Source: Felis catus (lineage: Eukaryota). Taken from it: DNA of 64,000 bases. The stretch covers positions 226,488,001-226,552,000 of the forward strand of contig NC_058368.1 of assembly GCF_018350175.1 (NCBI RefSeq), given 5' to 3'. Positions 1-12,725 of this stretch are shown one piece after another. The position numbers were made by a program, and so were the translations under genes. The notes below the pieces were generated by a model. The model was given only the letters and a program-made list of their open reading frames with translations, ran no database searches and was not told the DNA's origin. Position 1 is the stretch's first letter; every line of letters starts with the position of its first letter.

Positions 1-280
1 TTATGAAGCACCCATTTCGTTCATATGGTCCCACTCTGCTGTATAATAAACAATGGCAATTGGTAAGGAATTCAGTAGGTTGTACTCCAGGCCACTTATA
101 ATTTCTTACATTTTTTGAAGATCCTGAGTTTTGAAAAAAAGTGCTTAGAGCAAAATATTTAAAGTGAAGCCAAATTCAGTAAGGTTGGGTGCAACTGAGT
201 AAGTGCAACGCAAATAAAGGAACTTTTTTTTTTTTTTTTTGACGATCTGGTCTTTTCTCTCTGTTTAAATGTCAAGTAGT

Positions 281-499
281 TTTATTTTATTTAAAAAGAT
301 TTTTTTAATGTTTATTGTAGTTTTGAGAGAGAGGCAGAGACAGAGTGCGAGCAGGGGAGGGAGACAGAGAACCCGAAGCAGGCTCCAGGCTCTGAGCTGT
401 CAGCACAGAGCCCGAGGCAGGGCTCGAACCCATGAACTATGAGATCATGACCTGAGCCGGAAGTAAGACGCTTAACCGACTGAACCACCCAGGCGCCCC
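281..499 (-). mobile_element. CanSINE (feline SINEC)
   Basis: Reverse-complemented GGGGCGCCTGGGTGG head ending at 499, (GA)n segment and T-rich tail. Confidence 0.95.
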
Positions 500-794
500 T
501 AAATTTTTAAAAAGCATTTTAGACCTCAGAAAGAAGGGTCATACTATTTTCATAGCTCCTGGTCCCGACAGAGGTGTTCAGAGCATCGAAGAGGCACTGA
601 AAGAATGTATGTCAACGAGAGATAGAAAGAACTAATATGCAAATAAGGAGGGGAATAATGAAGGGTATTTGGGGGCAGAACAGCATGGTAAATACAAGAT
701 TGGTGGGAACTGGCTCTTTCCTCCAGTAATTCCAATCAGGTATGGAGTCTGGGGAACCACTGAACTACAGTCTATGCCAACATATTTTTAAATT

Positions 795-940
795 CATGCA
801 ATCACACCATGAAGAGGGCATTATTATACCCATTTTAATAAACTTAGAGATCTAAGTAACTGGCCCACGTTGACATAGCTGGTATGGCGGGGCCACAGGG
901 TCTAATTTAACAATCTCTGACTCCAAAGCCGTGCTTTTTC
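795..940 (-). mobile_element. MIR relic
   Basis: Resembles the reverse MIR core (attattatacccatttt...taagtaactggcccac...tctgactccaaagcc). Confidence 0.65.
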
Positions 941-1341
941 AATCATGCCTTTCGGTGAAGAGTGTACGTGAAGCCTTTTAGTTTAACTACTTGTCTTCCA
1001 TGCTTTGGAAAGATAAGGTTTTGGTTGTTCCTTTGCCAAGGGGTCAGGATGTGCACTGAAGACAGACAGTGGTCCAGCAGCCTTATAAACCACCAGCCCC
1101 TTTTCTCACTGATATACCAAGTATGCAATGGCTCAGCCTCCAGAAATATGAACAACGTTCTCACCTATAAACCTGCACACATAACATCTCCCTTGGGTTT
1201 AACTATCCTGTACCATTAAGTGGAGCAAGAGGAAGTTGAAACTGCTAGAAAAATAGGAGTATAGAGAATGTGCACTAATATTGCTCCCATAATTCTGATG
1301 TATGATTTATCAATTTATGAGATTTTTAGTTCATTTATGGA

Positions 1342-1527
1342 TTTTCTTTTCCTTCCTTCCTTCCTTCCTTCCTTCCTTCCTTCCTTCCTTCCTTCCTTCC
1401 TTCCTTTTTTCTTTATTTCTTTCTTTTTTCTTTCTTTTTCTCTTTCTCTTTTTCTCCCTCCCCCCATCTCTCTCTTCCTTTCTCACTTCCTCCCTTCTCC
1501 CTCTTCCTTCCTTTCTTCTTTCTTTAT

Positions 1528-1582
<55 letters not shown>

Positions 1583-1733
1583 CCTCTTTTCTTCTCTTTC
1601 TCTCTCTTTTTCTCCCTCCCTCCCTCCCTCCCTCCATCTCTCTCTCTCTCTCTCTCTTTTCCTTTCTCAGTCCCCCCCATCTCCCTCTTCCTTCCTTCCT
1701 CCTTCCCTCCTTCCCTCTCTTCCTTTCTTCCTT
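1342..1733. repeat. Compound polypyrimidine tract: (CCTT)n/(TTTC)n/(CCCT)n/(CT)n
   Basis: About 390 nt with only 8 purines on the + strand. Confidence 0.98.
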
Positions 1734-2584
1734 AATTAGCTTATCCATTGACCTTCTTCTAATAGTCCAGATAACTGTGGTTTTGGAAAGAAGGAGGGTC
1801 TACATGGGAGGTAGAGCAAATATTTTTTGAGCAATCACACCCAACCTCTCCTTAATACTGACTTACACTGCTGCAGCATTCTAGTCTTTTCGAAGCACAG
1901 CTGGCTTGGAATCCAGACCTCCTAATTCCCAGTCAGAGTTTGTCCCGTTCTGATACCTGTCCTTCTCTCAAACTTGACTATAAACCCCAAAGTTGTGCTG
2001 ATTGCCCCTCAGATCTCTGATACGTATCCCCAGTGTAGCTTGAATCCAGTAAGTACAAACCCAATAAAGTAACATCACGATGAAGATGTTCTGGGCATCC
2101 TTTTCTAATGAAAAAGAAACAGAAAGTGAAGAGCAGTGAAAAGTAAAAATGCCAATAAGATGTACTGTCTAGGGGGAAGCTCCCAGTGGTTAAAAGGTTG
2201 AAGCAAATGTCACACATTAGAGCAGACTAGCACAGTGTCAGGAAGTCCACGGGCCACTGATGACCGACTACATGACCTTGGGCTGGTCACACAGCTTCTG
2301 TTGCAGAGAAAGCTTAACTATAAACTATAAATTACAGGGAAGAAAGCTAATTCTGATCACTCCGTAGGAGTGTGGGATGATAAAACTGTATCAGAGATTG
2401 TAGACAGTTCTTTGTACACCTTACTTGCTGAGCTATTTAGAAATAAGAAAGCAAGCCAAGCTTCGAGGGCATCTGGAGTCCTCAAACTACTACAACGCCC
2501 ACTTCGTAGGTAACTCTGGGCAAGTTTCCTTAAATGAGCATTTTTGCTGCCATTCCGGGTACAAATCACCATATAGAAGCCGTG

Positions 2585-2790
2585 TTGTGTGGTGGAAGAG
2601 GAAGAAAGCTTAGAGCCAGGCACGTTTGGATTCCAATTATAGATTCACTCACATTTGTCTGACTGTGGGAAAGTTAATGAATCTTCATAAGCCTTGGTTT
2701 CCCAATCTGTATAATGGGTAGGATGGGAATAAGGTCTGTATCCAAAGGAGAGTTGTGAAGTTGAAAGGAAATGGTCCACGTAAAACTTTT
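2585..2790 (+). mobile_element. MIR relic
   Basis: tgactgtgggaaagttaatgaatcttcataagccttggtttcccaatctgtataatggg resembles the MIR core. Confidence 0.65.
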
Positions 2791-2794
2791 GGGT

Positions 2795-3290
2795 AAATTA
2801 GGAATGTTTTCAGCTTCAAGTAACAAAAACCACAACACTGGCTTACACTAATAAGAGTTTATTTTCCTCCCATATCAAAAAACTCTGGAGGTAGGTAGCT
2901 GCTGGTGGGCTTATCACCTTGGGGCTGGCATCTCTGTAGTTTTCTTGGACTCTGCCTCTTGTCACAAGCTGGCTGCCAGAATTCCATACATCACAGCTGT
3001 ATTCAGGGTAGGTAAAATGGGGGAGAAGGGAGGGATCAGATTATGTTTGGTCCTTTTATCAGGAAAGCAATGTTTTCCTAGAAACACTTCCTGCATCCTT
3101 TCATGTTAGCTTATTGGCCGGAACTGTCACATGGGGACCACCTCCGCTGCAAGGGAGATAGGGAAATCAGAGATCATGGTGAACTCTCACCCAGGCTAGG
3201 CACGTGTGGCCCTGAAGAAAATCAGGGTTCGTGCGGCAAGAAAGAATAGGCCAACAGATACTGGGACACAATTAACAAGAGTTGCTAAAA
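2795..3290 (-). mobile_element. Old MaLR LTR (MLT1J/K/L-like)
   Basis: Motifs caagtaacaaaaacc...ctggctta, tcacaagctggctgcc and ttattggccggaactgtcacatgg...gctgcaagggag. Confidence 0.6.
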
Positions 3291-3499
3291 CCTGGCACCT
3301 AGTAACTAACCATTAAATATTACTTTTTCATCCCTCCAATAGGGATCCACCGATAAACGGAATCAATCCACCTAGCTCTAATAGTTTGCGATTCCATACG
3401 GATTCTTAAATTACAATCAGACATCAATACTGGAGTAAAAATTCCAAACTGGCCTACCTGAAGATAAATGGCACAGTGAAAAATTTCATTCATGAAACA

Positions 3500-3690
3500 T
3501 TTTTAACTCTTTCTTTTGAGATTATGTCAGATTTATAAAAGAAGTTGCAAAATTAGCACAATAGAGTTTCCTACCCCCTTCCCTCAGCTTCCCCAAATGC
3601 TAGCATATTTTATGACCTTAGTAGGATGATGAAAACCAAGAAAATAGCACTGATGCAATGTGGCCAACTATGTCTCCTTAGCCTCCCCCA
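3500..3690 (-). mobile_element. Old L1 (L1MC-like) 3' fragment
   Basis: agatttataaaagaagttgcaaaattagcaca...cagcttcccc resembles the reverse L1MC 3' end. Confidence 0.55.
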
Positions 3691-5221
3691 GTCTGGGTAT
3701 GAAATATTTTTAAAGCTAGAATTTTTTTTTTTTTTTTAGTATTCTGATGCAGTGATAACAGAGCCAACTGTTTTAAAGCCTTTTGGATATTTCAGATCAA
3801 ATTTAAAAACTATATTGCTATGTGGTATCTGAAGGATTAAACGGTTGATTTGCTCTTGTTAATTTGCTTAATATTCTTTTACACCAAGAATAGATATAGA
3901 TTTCAGAAGAAAAAGCATAGATGCTCAAACTGCAGACGACTACCAGCATGGATTTTTGCATCTGGCTTTGGGTAATGCTCAATTTCTCCTTTGGAGCATT
4001 TTCCTTCCCGTGACATGTACATTCATCATACCATAGTGGGTCGATTTTGGGGGTTCCAGCTGGATGCATTCAAGATATATGCCCAAATAGTGATAATTAG
4101 CTCGATACAGCATCATTTATTGGAGAATTCCACTACGGAGTGCTTGGTGGTTCCTGGAATGGCGGGGATCCCACATTCCCCTGTGCGGTGGCAGCTGGTG
4201 GCAGAGAGAGTTACGTGCCCGAGGCCATGTGTCAAGGCAGCAGAAAATGCAGCCAGGGCTCCCCACGCAGCCTTCTTGCCTCTGTGCCCTGCTGCCTGCC
4301 TGCTCAGGGAACGAGAATGATTTATGACCTTGGCAAACACATTTAAATATTACGCCAATAGTTCGGATCAATACGGGGGTGCATTTCCCTAAACGATGCG
4401 TCCTATTCACTCTTCCGCCGGTCACTGTTTTGATAAATTGAGGCTTGCCTGGCCTGAGGTCAGAGTCCAATGAATCAAAATGCCCACATTTCTGGGCTTT
4501 GATGTATATTTACATCTCTGTGCTCAGTCCACACAAACATCCTCCGGTGGATGTTTGGTGCACGGTCTCACCCACAGTGCACAGGCAGACGGGGCCGGAT
4601 GGAGTGTCCTGGCTCAGCGCTCACAGAGAAACCCACCATGCTCGTGAGCACATCGGGAGGCCTGTACTATCACAACTCACCGCACATGCTCAGAACAGGA
4701 CAGTTTACCATCACTCAAAATCCCAAATGCAGGGGGCCGTCTCCGCTTTCCACGGGTGTTGGACAATATATTTCTGTTCCGAAGGTTAAGAAGTGGCAAA
4801 TTTGTGACACTTTACTCTTTAAGCAAATGATAGGTACCTGCTTTTAGAGTTTCCACTATCCTTGGAGTAGAAGGGGTCAGTACACATCAGAAAAGGACAA
4901 CACAGCTTAATGGTATTCGATTGCCCCTGATCTGCCGAAAACTGAAACAAGCGATTTCTGACTCTGACCCTGATGACACGGTGACTTGTTAACCAAAGAA
5001 ATGGGACATATTGAATCTTTCGAATGTAATTACGAGGAAATTGAAGAGGTAGGAAGGAGATAATTGTTCTCAAGGCACTCAGGACAAAAAGTAGAAAAGC
5101 GTATGAATGTGCCAGCATTTCTTGCCATGTGTACATAATAGGATTCCTTTTGTAGATTGAAAACACTCATGTTATGAGCATTCGTATCGTTTGTTTAAAT
5201 ATACTCTGTATGCTTTCCTTT

Positions 5222-5430
5222 CTTTTTTTTTAATGTTTATTTATTTTTGAGGGAGAGCGAGAGAAAAGCGTGCATGGGGGGTGGGCAGAGAGAGAGAGGA
5301 GGACACAGGATCCCAAGCAGGCTCTGCACTGACAGCAGTGAGCCCACAGGGGGGCTCTAACTCACAAACTGCAAGATCATGACCTGAGTTGAAGTCAGAC
5401 GCTCAACCGACCGAGCCACCCAGGTGCTCC
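5222..5430 (-). mobile_element. CanSINE
   Basis: Reverse head gagccacccaggtgctcc; degenerate target-site duplication (TSD) around atgcttt. Confidence 0.95.
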
Positions 5431-5537
5431 TGTGTGCATGCTTTATCTTTGTGCAGCATAATACTGGAGCCTGACCATCACATCACTACATATAACCAGT
5501 GGAATAATGTTGAGGATAATAGTTGAAAATAACAGTA

Positions 5538-5760
5538 GACGCGCCCGGCTGGTTCAGCAGGTTAGGTGTCCAACTTCGGCTCAAGTCTTGATCTCAGCTT
5601 GAGTTTTTGAACTGGAGCCTGGCGTTGGGCTCTGTGCTGACAGCTCAGAGCCTGATGCCTACTTCGGATTCTGTGTGTGTCTCCCTTCCTCTGCCCCTTC
5701 CCCACCAACGCTCTCTCTCTCTCTTTTTCAAAAATAAATAAACATTAAAAAAAAAAAAAG
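5538..5760 (+). mobile_element. CanSINE
   Basis: Head, (CT)n and A tail; TSD aacagta on both sides. Confidence 0.95.
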
Positions 5761-6276
5761 AAAACAGTAAATTAATTAGCAAAGGCAAACAGTAAGGAAC
5801 AAAAAAACAAATTTTCCAGCAAATTGCTTTTGCTTTGATATGTTAATATATTTATATCGATTAAGTATAAGTATGTATTCATATATTATTAATACATATC
5901 TATAAATTATACATTTTTATTTCACCCTTTCTACTGTGTGAACCTTTCCCACATTTTTTACCTGGTCTTTACATACGTGCTTGCTGGTTTTACAGTCTCG
6001 GTGTTTCCTTATCCCTAGAGAGGCCCTATGCTTTCAGAACCAGGTACGAGGGGACTGTGTGCTAAACGTCCGCTGTGGCTCTAGGGTTAAGGGGACAGTT
6101 CTGTAGAGCTGTGGTCTTCCACACGCTGGAAGGGCTGTGCTTCCTAGATGCAGGTATGAACACCGAACGAGCAAATCTGAGCCCAATCTTAGTTTTGGTC
6201 CCGTGGTGCACTGTGGATTTCATCCTTTGAGTAAAATGGGGCCAACTGCTTCATAGTATAATAAGACACTCTTTGG

Positions 6277-6488
6277 TTTATTTATTTAAAATTTTTTTAA
6301 CGTTTACTTATTTTTGAGAGACAGAGAGAGACAGAGTGTGAGCGGGATAGGGACAGACAGAGAGGGAGGCACAGAATCTGAAGCAGGCTCCAGGCTCTGA
6401 GCTGACAGCACAGAGTCCGATGCAGGGCTCGAACCCATGAACCTGAGCTAAAGTTGGATGCTTAACCAACTGAGCTACCCTCCACCCC
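6277..6488 (-). mobile_element. CanSINE
   Basis: Reverse SINE body; TSD aataagaca on both sides. Confidence 0.95.
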
Positions 6489-6949
6489 AATAAGACATGC
6501 TTTTAAAGGAAAATTACAGATTTTAAAAATAGAGTTGTTTTACCATTGGTGTGAGAGGGAAAAGCAAGGCTGCCCAGCGGAAAACTGACCTCTTCTCAGA
6601 CTGTTCTCTGTCACAGCCGAGGACAGCAGTGGCTGATGGTGTATTGAGTTTCTTACTAGTGTGTAACAATGAGAAAATTCCAATTCTCTTCCCTTCCATT
6701 TCTTGCATTCGATGAAGGTAGAGAAAAATGAAACACTCAAATACGAGGCAAGATAAGCTGACAGGAAAGTCATTAATCCGCCTTCCATTTGGGAAGAGCA
6801 AATACATGCTAAGGAAGGCTCTATTAGAGACCACGAGAGTCAAGTTTAAAACAGGAACAGTTTTATTTCAAAACAACCACAGATCTGTACACGAAGAAAC
6901 AATATGGCACCTGTAGCCATTTGGAATGGAATGGAATAACCGGCCATTT

Positions 6950-7275
6950 GATGATGCTGGCATGTTTGGAGAGATAGGTTCAGGTCCCGATATGTGAGTC
7001 CTGAAGACCACGTTAAGGAACTTATTCCTGCCTAGGATGTAAGTCACAGCATGTTTTAGAAATGGTCATGTGAACACCCAGACCAGGAAGATGATAGAGG
7101 GCTGGAGCACAAGGGGTGTATTTAAGACGTGATGGGCTGGGGGCTTGATAATGCATCGGTATTACAGGATTAGTTGGAGATTCCTGTAGGCGATCCAGGC
7201 AGAGATGCCCAGTGGGCAGGTGGATTTATAGGTGGAGGCTTCTGGAAAGAGTCGGCAACTGGCACATAATTGGGG
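6950..7275 (-). mobile_element. L2 relic
   Basis: gatccaggcagagatgcccagtgggcaggtggatttatagg resembles reverse L2. Confidence 0.45.
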
Positions 7276-7412
7276 TCACTATTGGTAAGAGGAGGCACAG
7301 AACTCCTGGTCCCAGAGCTCAGATCTCCATTTCATCGTCCCCCACACATCAAAGAAGAAAAAACAATCTTCCTTTGCCTACATTACACTCTCCCTTTTAA
7401 AAAAGAGGATCT

Positions 7413-7572
7413 GGGGGTGCCTGGGTGGTTCAGTCAATTAAGCGTCCGACTTCGGCTCAGGTCATGATCTCACAGTTCATGGGTCCGAGCCCTGCATCGG
7501 GCTCTGTGCTGATGGCTCAGAGCCTGGAGCCTGCTTCAGATTCTGTGTCTCCCTCTCTCTCTGTCCCTCCCC

Positions 7573-7613
<41 letters not shown>

Positions 7614-7639
7614 AAACAAATAGACATTAAAAAAAAAAA
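7413..7639 (+). mobile_element. CanSINE
   Basis: Full body; TSD aaaaaagagg(a/c)tct. Confidence 0.97.
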
Positions 7640-8204
7640 GAGGCTCTCGTGTCACAGCACAATGGTCAGGCGTGATCAGTTGGGATATGCGTCTGGCTCA
7701 CTTGTGACTACATTAACTATAATGCAGAAGTGTTTGCTTGAGGCAGATTATTTCTTTCATGTGTCACATGAAAGGGTGGGGTTAAAGCTATGGTGCTGGG
7801 AAGTGAGTGCCATGGGAGCGTGTCACCTCTGTGACCGTGACCCATGGTGTGGATCTCAGTGGCAAGACCGGGAGAGAAAAGTTGGGAGCCGTTGTTCGTG
7901 TTGCAGCTCTCTGGCCATATGTGGCCCATCACCTGTCTTCATACAGCCCTCCCGTGTGTCCAGAATGCCTGCTGCAGATGAACATTTGCAAAAAGAAACT
8001 TGGTGACAGGGCGCACGAGCTTTGAACCACGGTTAAGGGAAATACCATCTCCCTGCAAAACAGAATTTCGTCCTCCTTAGTACCTCTCTATTACAAAACA
8101 CTGTGCTCTGCTACGTTATTATATTTTGCATTCTGCCATTAAAACTTTTGTAGGAATACGTCTAATCTCTTATTGTAAGGACCCACATAATAGTGTCAAT
8201 TTGG

Positions 8205-8272
8205 CCCTTGGCCTCCAAAGCCTAAAATATTTACTCTCTGGCCCCTTAGAGAAAAAGTTTGCAAAGTACTGC
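8205..8272 (+). mobile_element. MER58 (hAT-Charlie MITE) terminal fragment
   Basis: aaagcctaaaatatttactctctggccccttagagaaaaagtttgc matches the MER58 end. Confidence 0.75.
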
Positions 8273-8309
8273 TACTGGTTATAGCGAGGCCGCAAAACAC
8301 ACGGAACAC

Positions 8310-8495
8310 TCACACTGTGCCCAGTGCGCTGCTAAGAGTGATACGCTCCGTCTCTCGTTCAAGGCTCACAAACGCTGTGGGGTGAATGTTGGAGCCGCCT
8401 CCACCTCACAGATGAGGAAACTAAACCGCAGAGATGCTAAACACCCTGCCCAAGCCCACACATTCAGAAATGACACAGCTAGGACTTGAAACATA
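8310..8495 (-). mobile_element. MIR relic
   Basis: acagatgaggaaactaaaccgcagagatgctaaacaccctgcccaag is a reverse MIR core. Confidence 0.75.
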
Positions 8496-9758
8496 CTGGC
8501 CCGCGTTGGTTTCGTACACATATATTCGTAACTCTACGCTCTGGGAGCCTGAGGCACCTGCCTCTGTCCCTCCTCACCCCAGGCACATACTTTGACCCTT
8601 AAGGCTCCTGCAGGTCTCTGTACTTCCTCTGTCCTTCTCCTTCCAAACTTCTTCTACACGTCCCGTCTGCTTTTAATATTCACTTGAACCATGTTGATTT
8701 CTCGGCCTAAAGGGGCTACTCAATCTCAGGTATGAGAAAACGGTGAGAGAATACATCTTTCTTTACGTATACTTACATCTGCTCTTGTGGATATGCCTAA
8801 GAATAACAATAGTCTCCTGCAGTCAAAATGAAGGAATGTTCCCAGCCCGTGGCATGTCTTCAAGCTTCTGATGTGTAGAATGTGAATAACAGTGTCACTT
8901 TTTGTATCTATTAAGCACTTTCCAATAGTACGCTGATACTCAGTCTTTGGTTTAAACTTGTTATTAATGAGGATTAATGAGTTTTATTTTCAACTCAAAG
9001 TGACTTCAAATACTTTCCCTAGAAGAGAAACCCAAGGAAGCGTAGATGCTATCATGCTTTGAGGTACAGAAAGAAAACCACTACACGTAACCTGGCTGGC
9101 AATATGAGATGATTACCATGGTTTTTTTTTTTATCAAAGGAATTCCGAAGGGACAAAATCCAAATGACATTAGATCTAACATCATAACAAAACTTCAGTG
9201 ATCTAGAACTCACTGGAACACTGTAGATGCTAATGTACTTTGATCAAAAAAAAAAAGAGCCCCAAATTATAGCCTGTTTGTCCTTATATTTCAGAAAATT
9301 CTAAGAGCTACTGATGCAAAATTTTAAATAATTATAGCTAAACGTATCACATGTTTACCATATTCTAATAACTGCATATGCATAATCTAATTTACTGCTA
9401 ATAAAAATAGTTCATAGGTTTTATAGGTGATATACACAGCGGCACAGGGAAGCTAGGTACTTGGAGTCAAGTACAATCCAGAGATAGCAAGTATGAAGGC
9501 TGGGATTTACACCTAGGACTGTCTTATGCTCTTAAGCAGGACACGCTGCCTCCACATCTTAAGTCCACAACAGATTAGAAGAGAGAAGGGTGGCAGCACG
9601 CCGCACAGTGATGACAATGAAATGTACTAGATGGCAGGGTTAGAACCGGACAGAAGAAAAAACAGATTAAAATCAAATATAAGCACTCAAAATTAGCGCA
9701 GTTTGGGGCCATTTAAGGAGGCAAAAAGTTTCAAACGTCTCAAGAGCCACTCAGACCT

Positions 9759-9761
<3 letters not shown>

Positions 9762-9817
<56 letters not shown>

Positions 9818-10049
9818 TATATATACACACATACATATACATACATATGTATATACACACATATATATATACACATACATACACACATACATATACATAC
9901 ATATGTATATACACATATATATACACATATATATACACATATATGTATGTATATGTATGTGTGTATATATATACATGTATATATATATACATATATATGT
10001 GTGTATATATATATGTGTATATATATACACATATATATATACATATATA
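9762..10049. repeat. Compound (TA)n/(CA)/(TG) microsatellite with unbroken purine-pyrimidine alternation
   Basis: 288 nt of continuous R/Y alternation read directly from the sequence. Confidence 0.98.
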
Positions 10050-10198
10050 GCAATGCAAAGCAACATTTAGATTTTACACAAGGGTCACAAAATATCGAGT
10101 TTCAAAATTCTGTTGGGTATAAACTATCTGAAAAGACACCACATAATGCATTTTAGGTAAGTTTCAATGGAAATGTTAAATTAAAAAGTGTCGTTTCA

Positions 10199-10323
10199 GG
10201 GGCACCTGGGGGGCTCAGTCAGTTAAGCTTCCAACTCTTGATTTCAGCTCAGGTCATGATTTCATGGTTCATGAGTTCTACCCCACATCGGGCTCTGTGC
10301 TGACAGTGTGGAGCCCACTTGGG

Positions 10324-10364
<41 letters not shown>

Positions 10365-10390
10365 ATAAATAAATAAACATATTAAAAAAA
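10199..10390 (+). mobile_element. CanSINE (older, shorter subfamily)
   Basis: Head followed by ctcttgatttcagctcagg, (CT)n and A tail. Confidence 0.95.
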
Positions 10391-10691
10391 ATTCTTTCAG
10401 CATTCTGAAAACCTCAGACACTGACAACATTTCACTCTCTGAACAATATGCTAGTTGTTTTACAAGAATTATTTCAATTAATCTGCAAAATGACTTTAGG
10501 TGGGAAATATTTGTTTTATCTCCTTTTACAGATTTACATCTACAGATGCAGCAAGTAAGGCTGAGGTTAAATAACTCACCCCAGGTCCTAGAGCTAGTCA
10601 GTAGCCCAGATGCAACCTGAATCTGCAACTTTAAATCTACTCTCAGTAAATTACATACATAGACTGCTCATTAAGAAAGTGACCAGGACAT

Positions 10692-10905
10692 GGGGCGCCT
10701 GGTGGCTCAGTCGGTTATGCGTCGGATTTTGGCTCAGGTCATGATCTCGCGGTTCATGAGTTCGAGCCCCACGTCGGGCTGTGTGCTGACAGCTCGGAGC
10801 CTGGAGCCTGCTTCCGATTCTGTGTCTCCCTCTCTCTCTGCCCCTCCCCCACTCACGCTCTGTCTCTCTCTGCCTCTCGAAAATGAATAAATGTTAAAAA
10901 CCAAA
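10692..10905 (+). mobile_element. CanSINE
   Basis: Full body; TSD aag(a/g)aagtg(a/g)ccaggacat. Confidence 0.97.
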
Positions 10906-10959
10906 AAGGAAGTGGCCAGGACATTCAGAATTATATGATCCTTATCTCCTGCTAGCCAT

Positions 10960-11418
10960 GCTTCTGTGGATCCCCCTCACCTCCTCCCTAAGTGTGCCTC
11001 TCTAAGCAATGGCATCTGGCAAAGGTCAAGCGATGCCACCTCCCTGAGTACATTACAAAAGGCTGGGATTTCCCTCTTGCTAGCAGACCGTCCCCCTCAC
11101 TGGTTTTGATGGAGCAAGCTGCCATGTTGGAGAGGCCTCCGTGACAAGGAATTGAAGATAGGAACTCAGACCCCCTGGCCAACAACCTGCAAGAAACCTG
11201 GATCCTGGCAACGACATGAATTCAGAAGCAGATGCTTTCCCGCTCAAGACTTGATGTGACCACGGCCCAAGCTGACAGCTTGAGACCCTGAAGCCAAGGA
11301 CCCAACCAAGCTGCACCTAGATTTCTGACCCATAGAACCTACGAGGTAAGAAATGCTTGTTGTGTCAAGCTGCTAAGTTTTGGGGAAATTTGCTACACAG
11401 TGATTGACAACTGAATAT
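10960..11418 (+). mobile_element. MaLR solo LTR (MLT1E/F-like)
   Basis: agcaagctgccatgttggagaggcc...gatttctgacccatagaacc...aagctgctaagttttggggaaatttgctacacag. Confidence 0.8.
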
Positions 11419-12678
11419 GGGGACATAGTAATATGGAAGGCCCATGTTGGTCTCAGAAGGTTGCAGCACTTTTATTTTAAAAAGTGATTCAAACATCTTT
11501 GAAGATAATTTCCAACGAGGGCTCACCGTTAAATTATTTCTGGGAAAAGAAGCAGATAAATGTGCAGTTTCAGAAATAAGGAGGTTCAATAGACTGAAAC
11601 TAAGAAATCCTTTGTTTCCAAGCTTCACCAAGCTCAGGCTTATGAAGACCCAGGGAGCAGAGACACAGGGCTTGAGCAAATCTCTCTGTGGTCCCAGGAG
11701 AGCAGAGACAGATGCGTGGTCGTGAAATCCTAGGCCCCGTCTCTGCACAGGAACATCTTAACGAGTGTGGAATCGCTCTCTGTTCATGGCATTCTCCTTC
11801 CTGAAACCAGACCGTGATATTTTTGGCAACAAGACAGCCATAAACAATTATTTTTGAAGGGAGGGAAAAGGAAATTACCTACTGAAAAAATTAATGCCGT
11901 AGATTACTCAGAAAGCAACGCTGAAGCAATGGAAAGGAAATGGAAGAAACAGATCGCTTCCAACGTCAGTGCAACCGTACCTCTTAAACACTCCTCCTGT
12001 CCTTCGGCTCACACTCTGTACCTGACCAAGACAATGGACAAAGCAGCCAGGATAGGAAGGTGGTTGTGTCCAGAAAAGATGAATGTTTTTCATGTTTCCT
12101 ACCTCTTTCATTTCCCTTTCATGCAATATTCTTGTAACCGTCTAATACCTGCGGTCACACTGAAACACGAATGGTTGGTTATTTGCTCTGCTTCATTCTC
12201 CAGCCATTTCCAGCCTATTTAGGGGTTCTAAAAAATGTCTCATTTGACATTTCACTTATGTGGGAGTTAATTTTCTTTTCCATGAACTCATCGATCTTTG
12301 CAATCCATGACTTAAAAGTTACGTTTGTCCCACCACTACCCCTTTCGCTACCCCCATTTTCTCCACCATTTTATTCCAACAAGGATACAATCCTTGGAGT
12401 GAACTCAAGGACAGTGCCTTGGCCTCTAACTTGCTGGCTCCATCCTGGTTATAAGGATGACCTCTTGGCTCTGGAAAACAGTAAGTCCCGGGTCCAGAGT
12501 GCCTCGTCCCTCAGTTTTCCCATCTCATCATTTACCATTTGAAACCCAAGCAAAAATCAAAACGAATTTAGTTCCCACATGAATACCAGTCTATTTAGTG
12601 ATGAGGAACCTGTGAAAAACCTCAACAGAAACATAGCTGAAACACGGTGCATCCTGAATACTTTCATATTCAGTATGA

Positions 12679-12680
<2 letters not shown>

Positions 12681-12719
<39 letters not shown>
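12681..12719. repeat. (AC)n microsatellite
   Basis: Pure AC run. Confidence 0.98.

Positions 12720-12725
<6 letters not shown>

Noticed and set aside
1268..1748. Long F/L/S/P-rich and E/R/K-rich ORFs
   Set aside because: They are translations of the polypyrimidine microsatellite, which lacks stop codons because of its composition.
2441..2509. 69-nt plus-strand exon-like segment (IRKQAKLRGHLESSNYYNAHFV, donor gtaact)
   Set aside because: Weak acceptor with a competing upstream AG and an unrecognised peptide. Similar isolated candidates near 3890, 8790 and 34090 could not be joined into a coherent gene.
4100..4790. Locally GC- and CpG-richer stretch with overlapping ORFs
   Set aside because: CpG density by eye is below that of a CpG island, and the ORFs have no recognisable homology.
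7425..8006. Longest ORF in the track (193 aa)
   Set aside because: It starts inside a CanSINE and reads through its (CT)n and A tail into unique DNA, with no recognisable domain. The same applies to the many AQSVKRPTSAQVMIS-type ORFs.
9693..10156. Y/I/C/V-rich ORFs on both strands
   Set aside because: Artefacts of the TA/CA/TG microsatellite.
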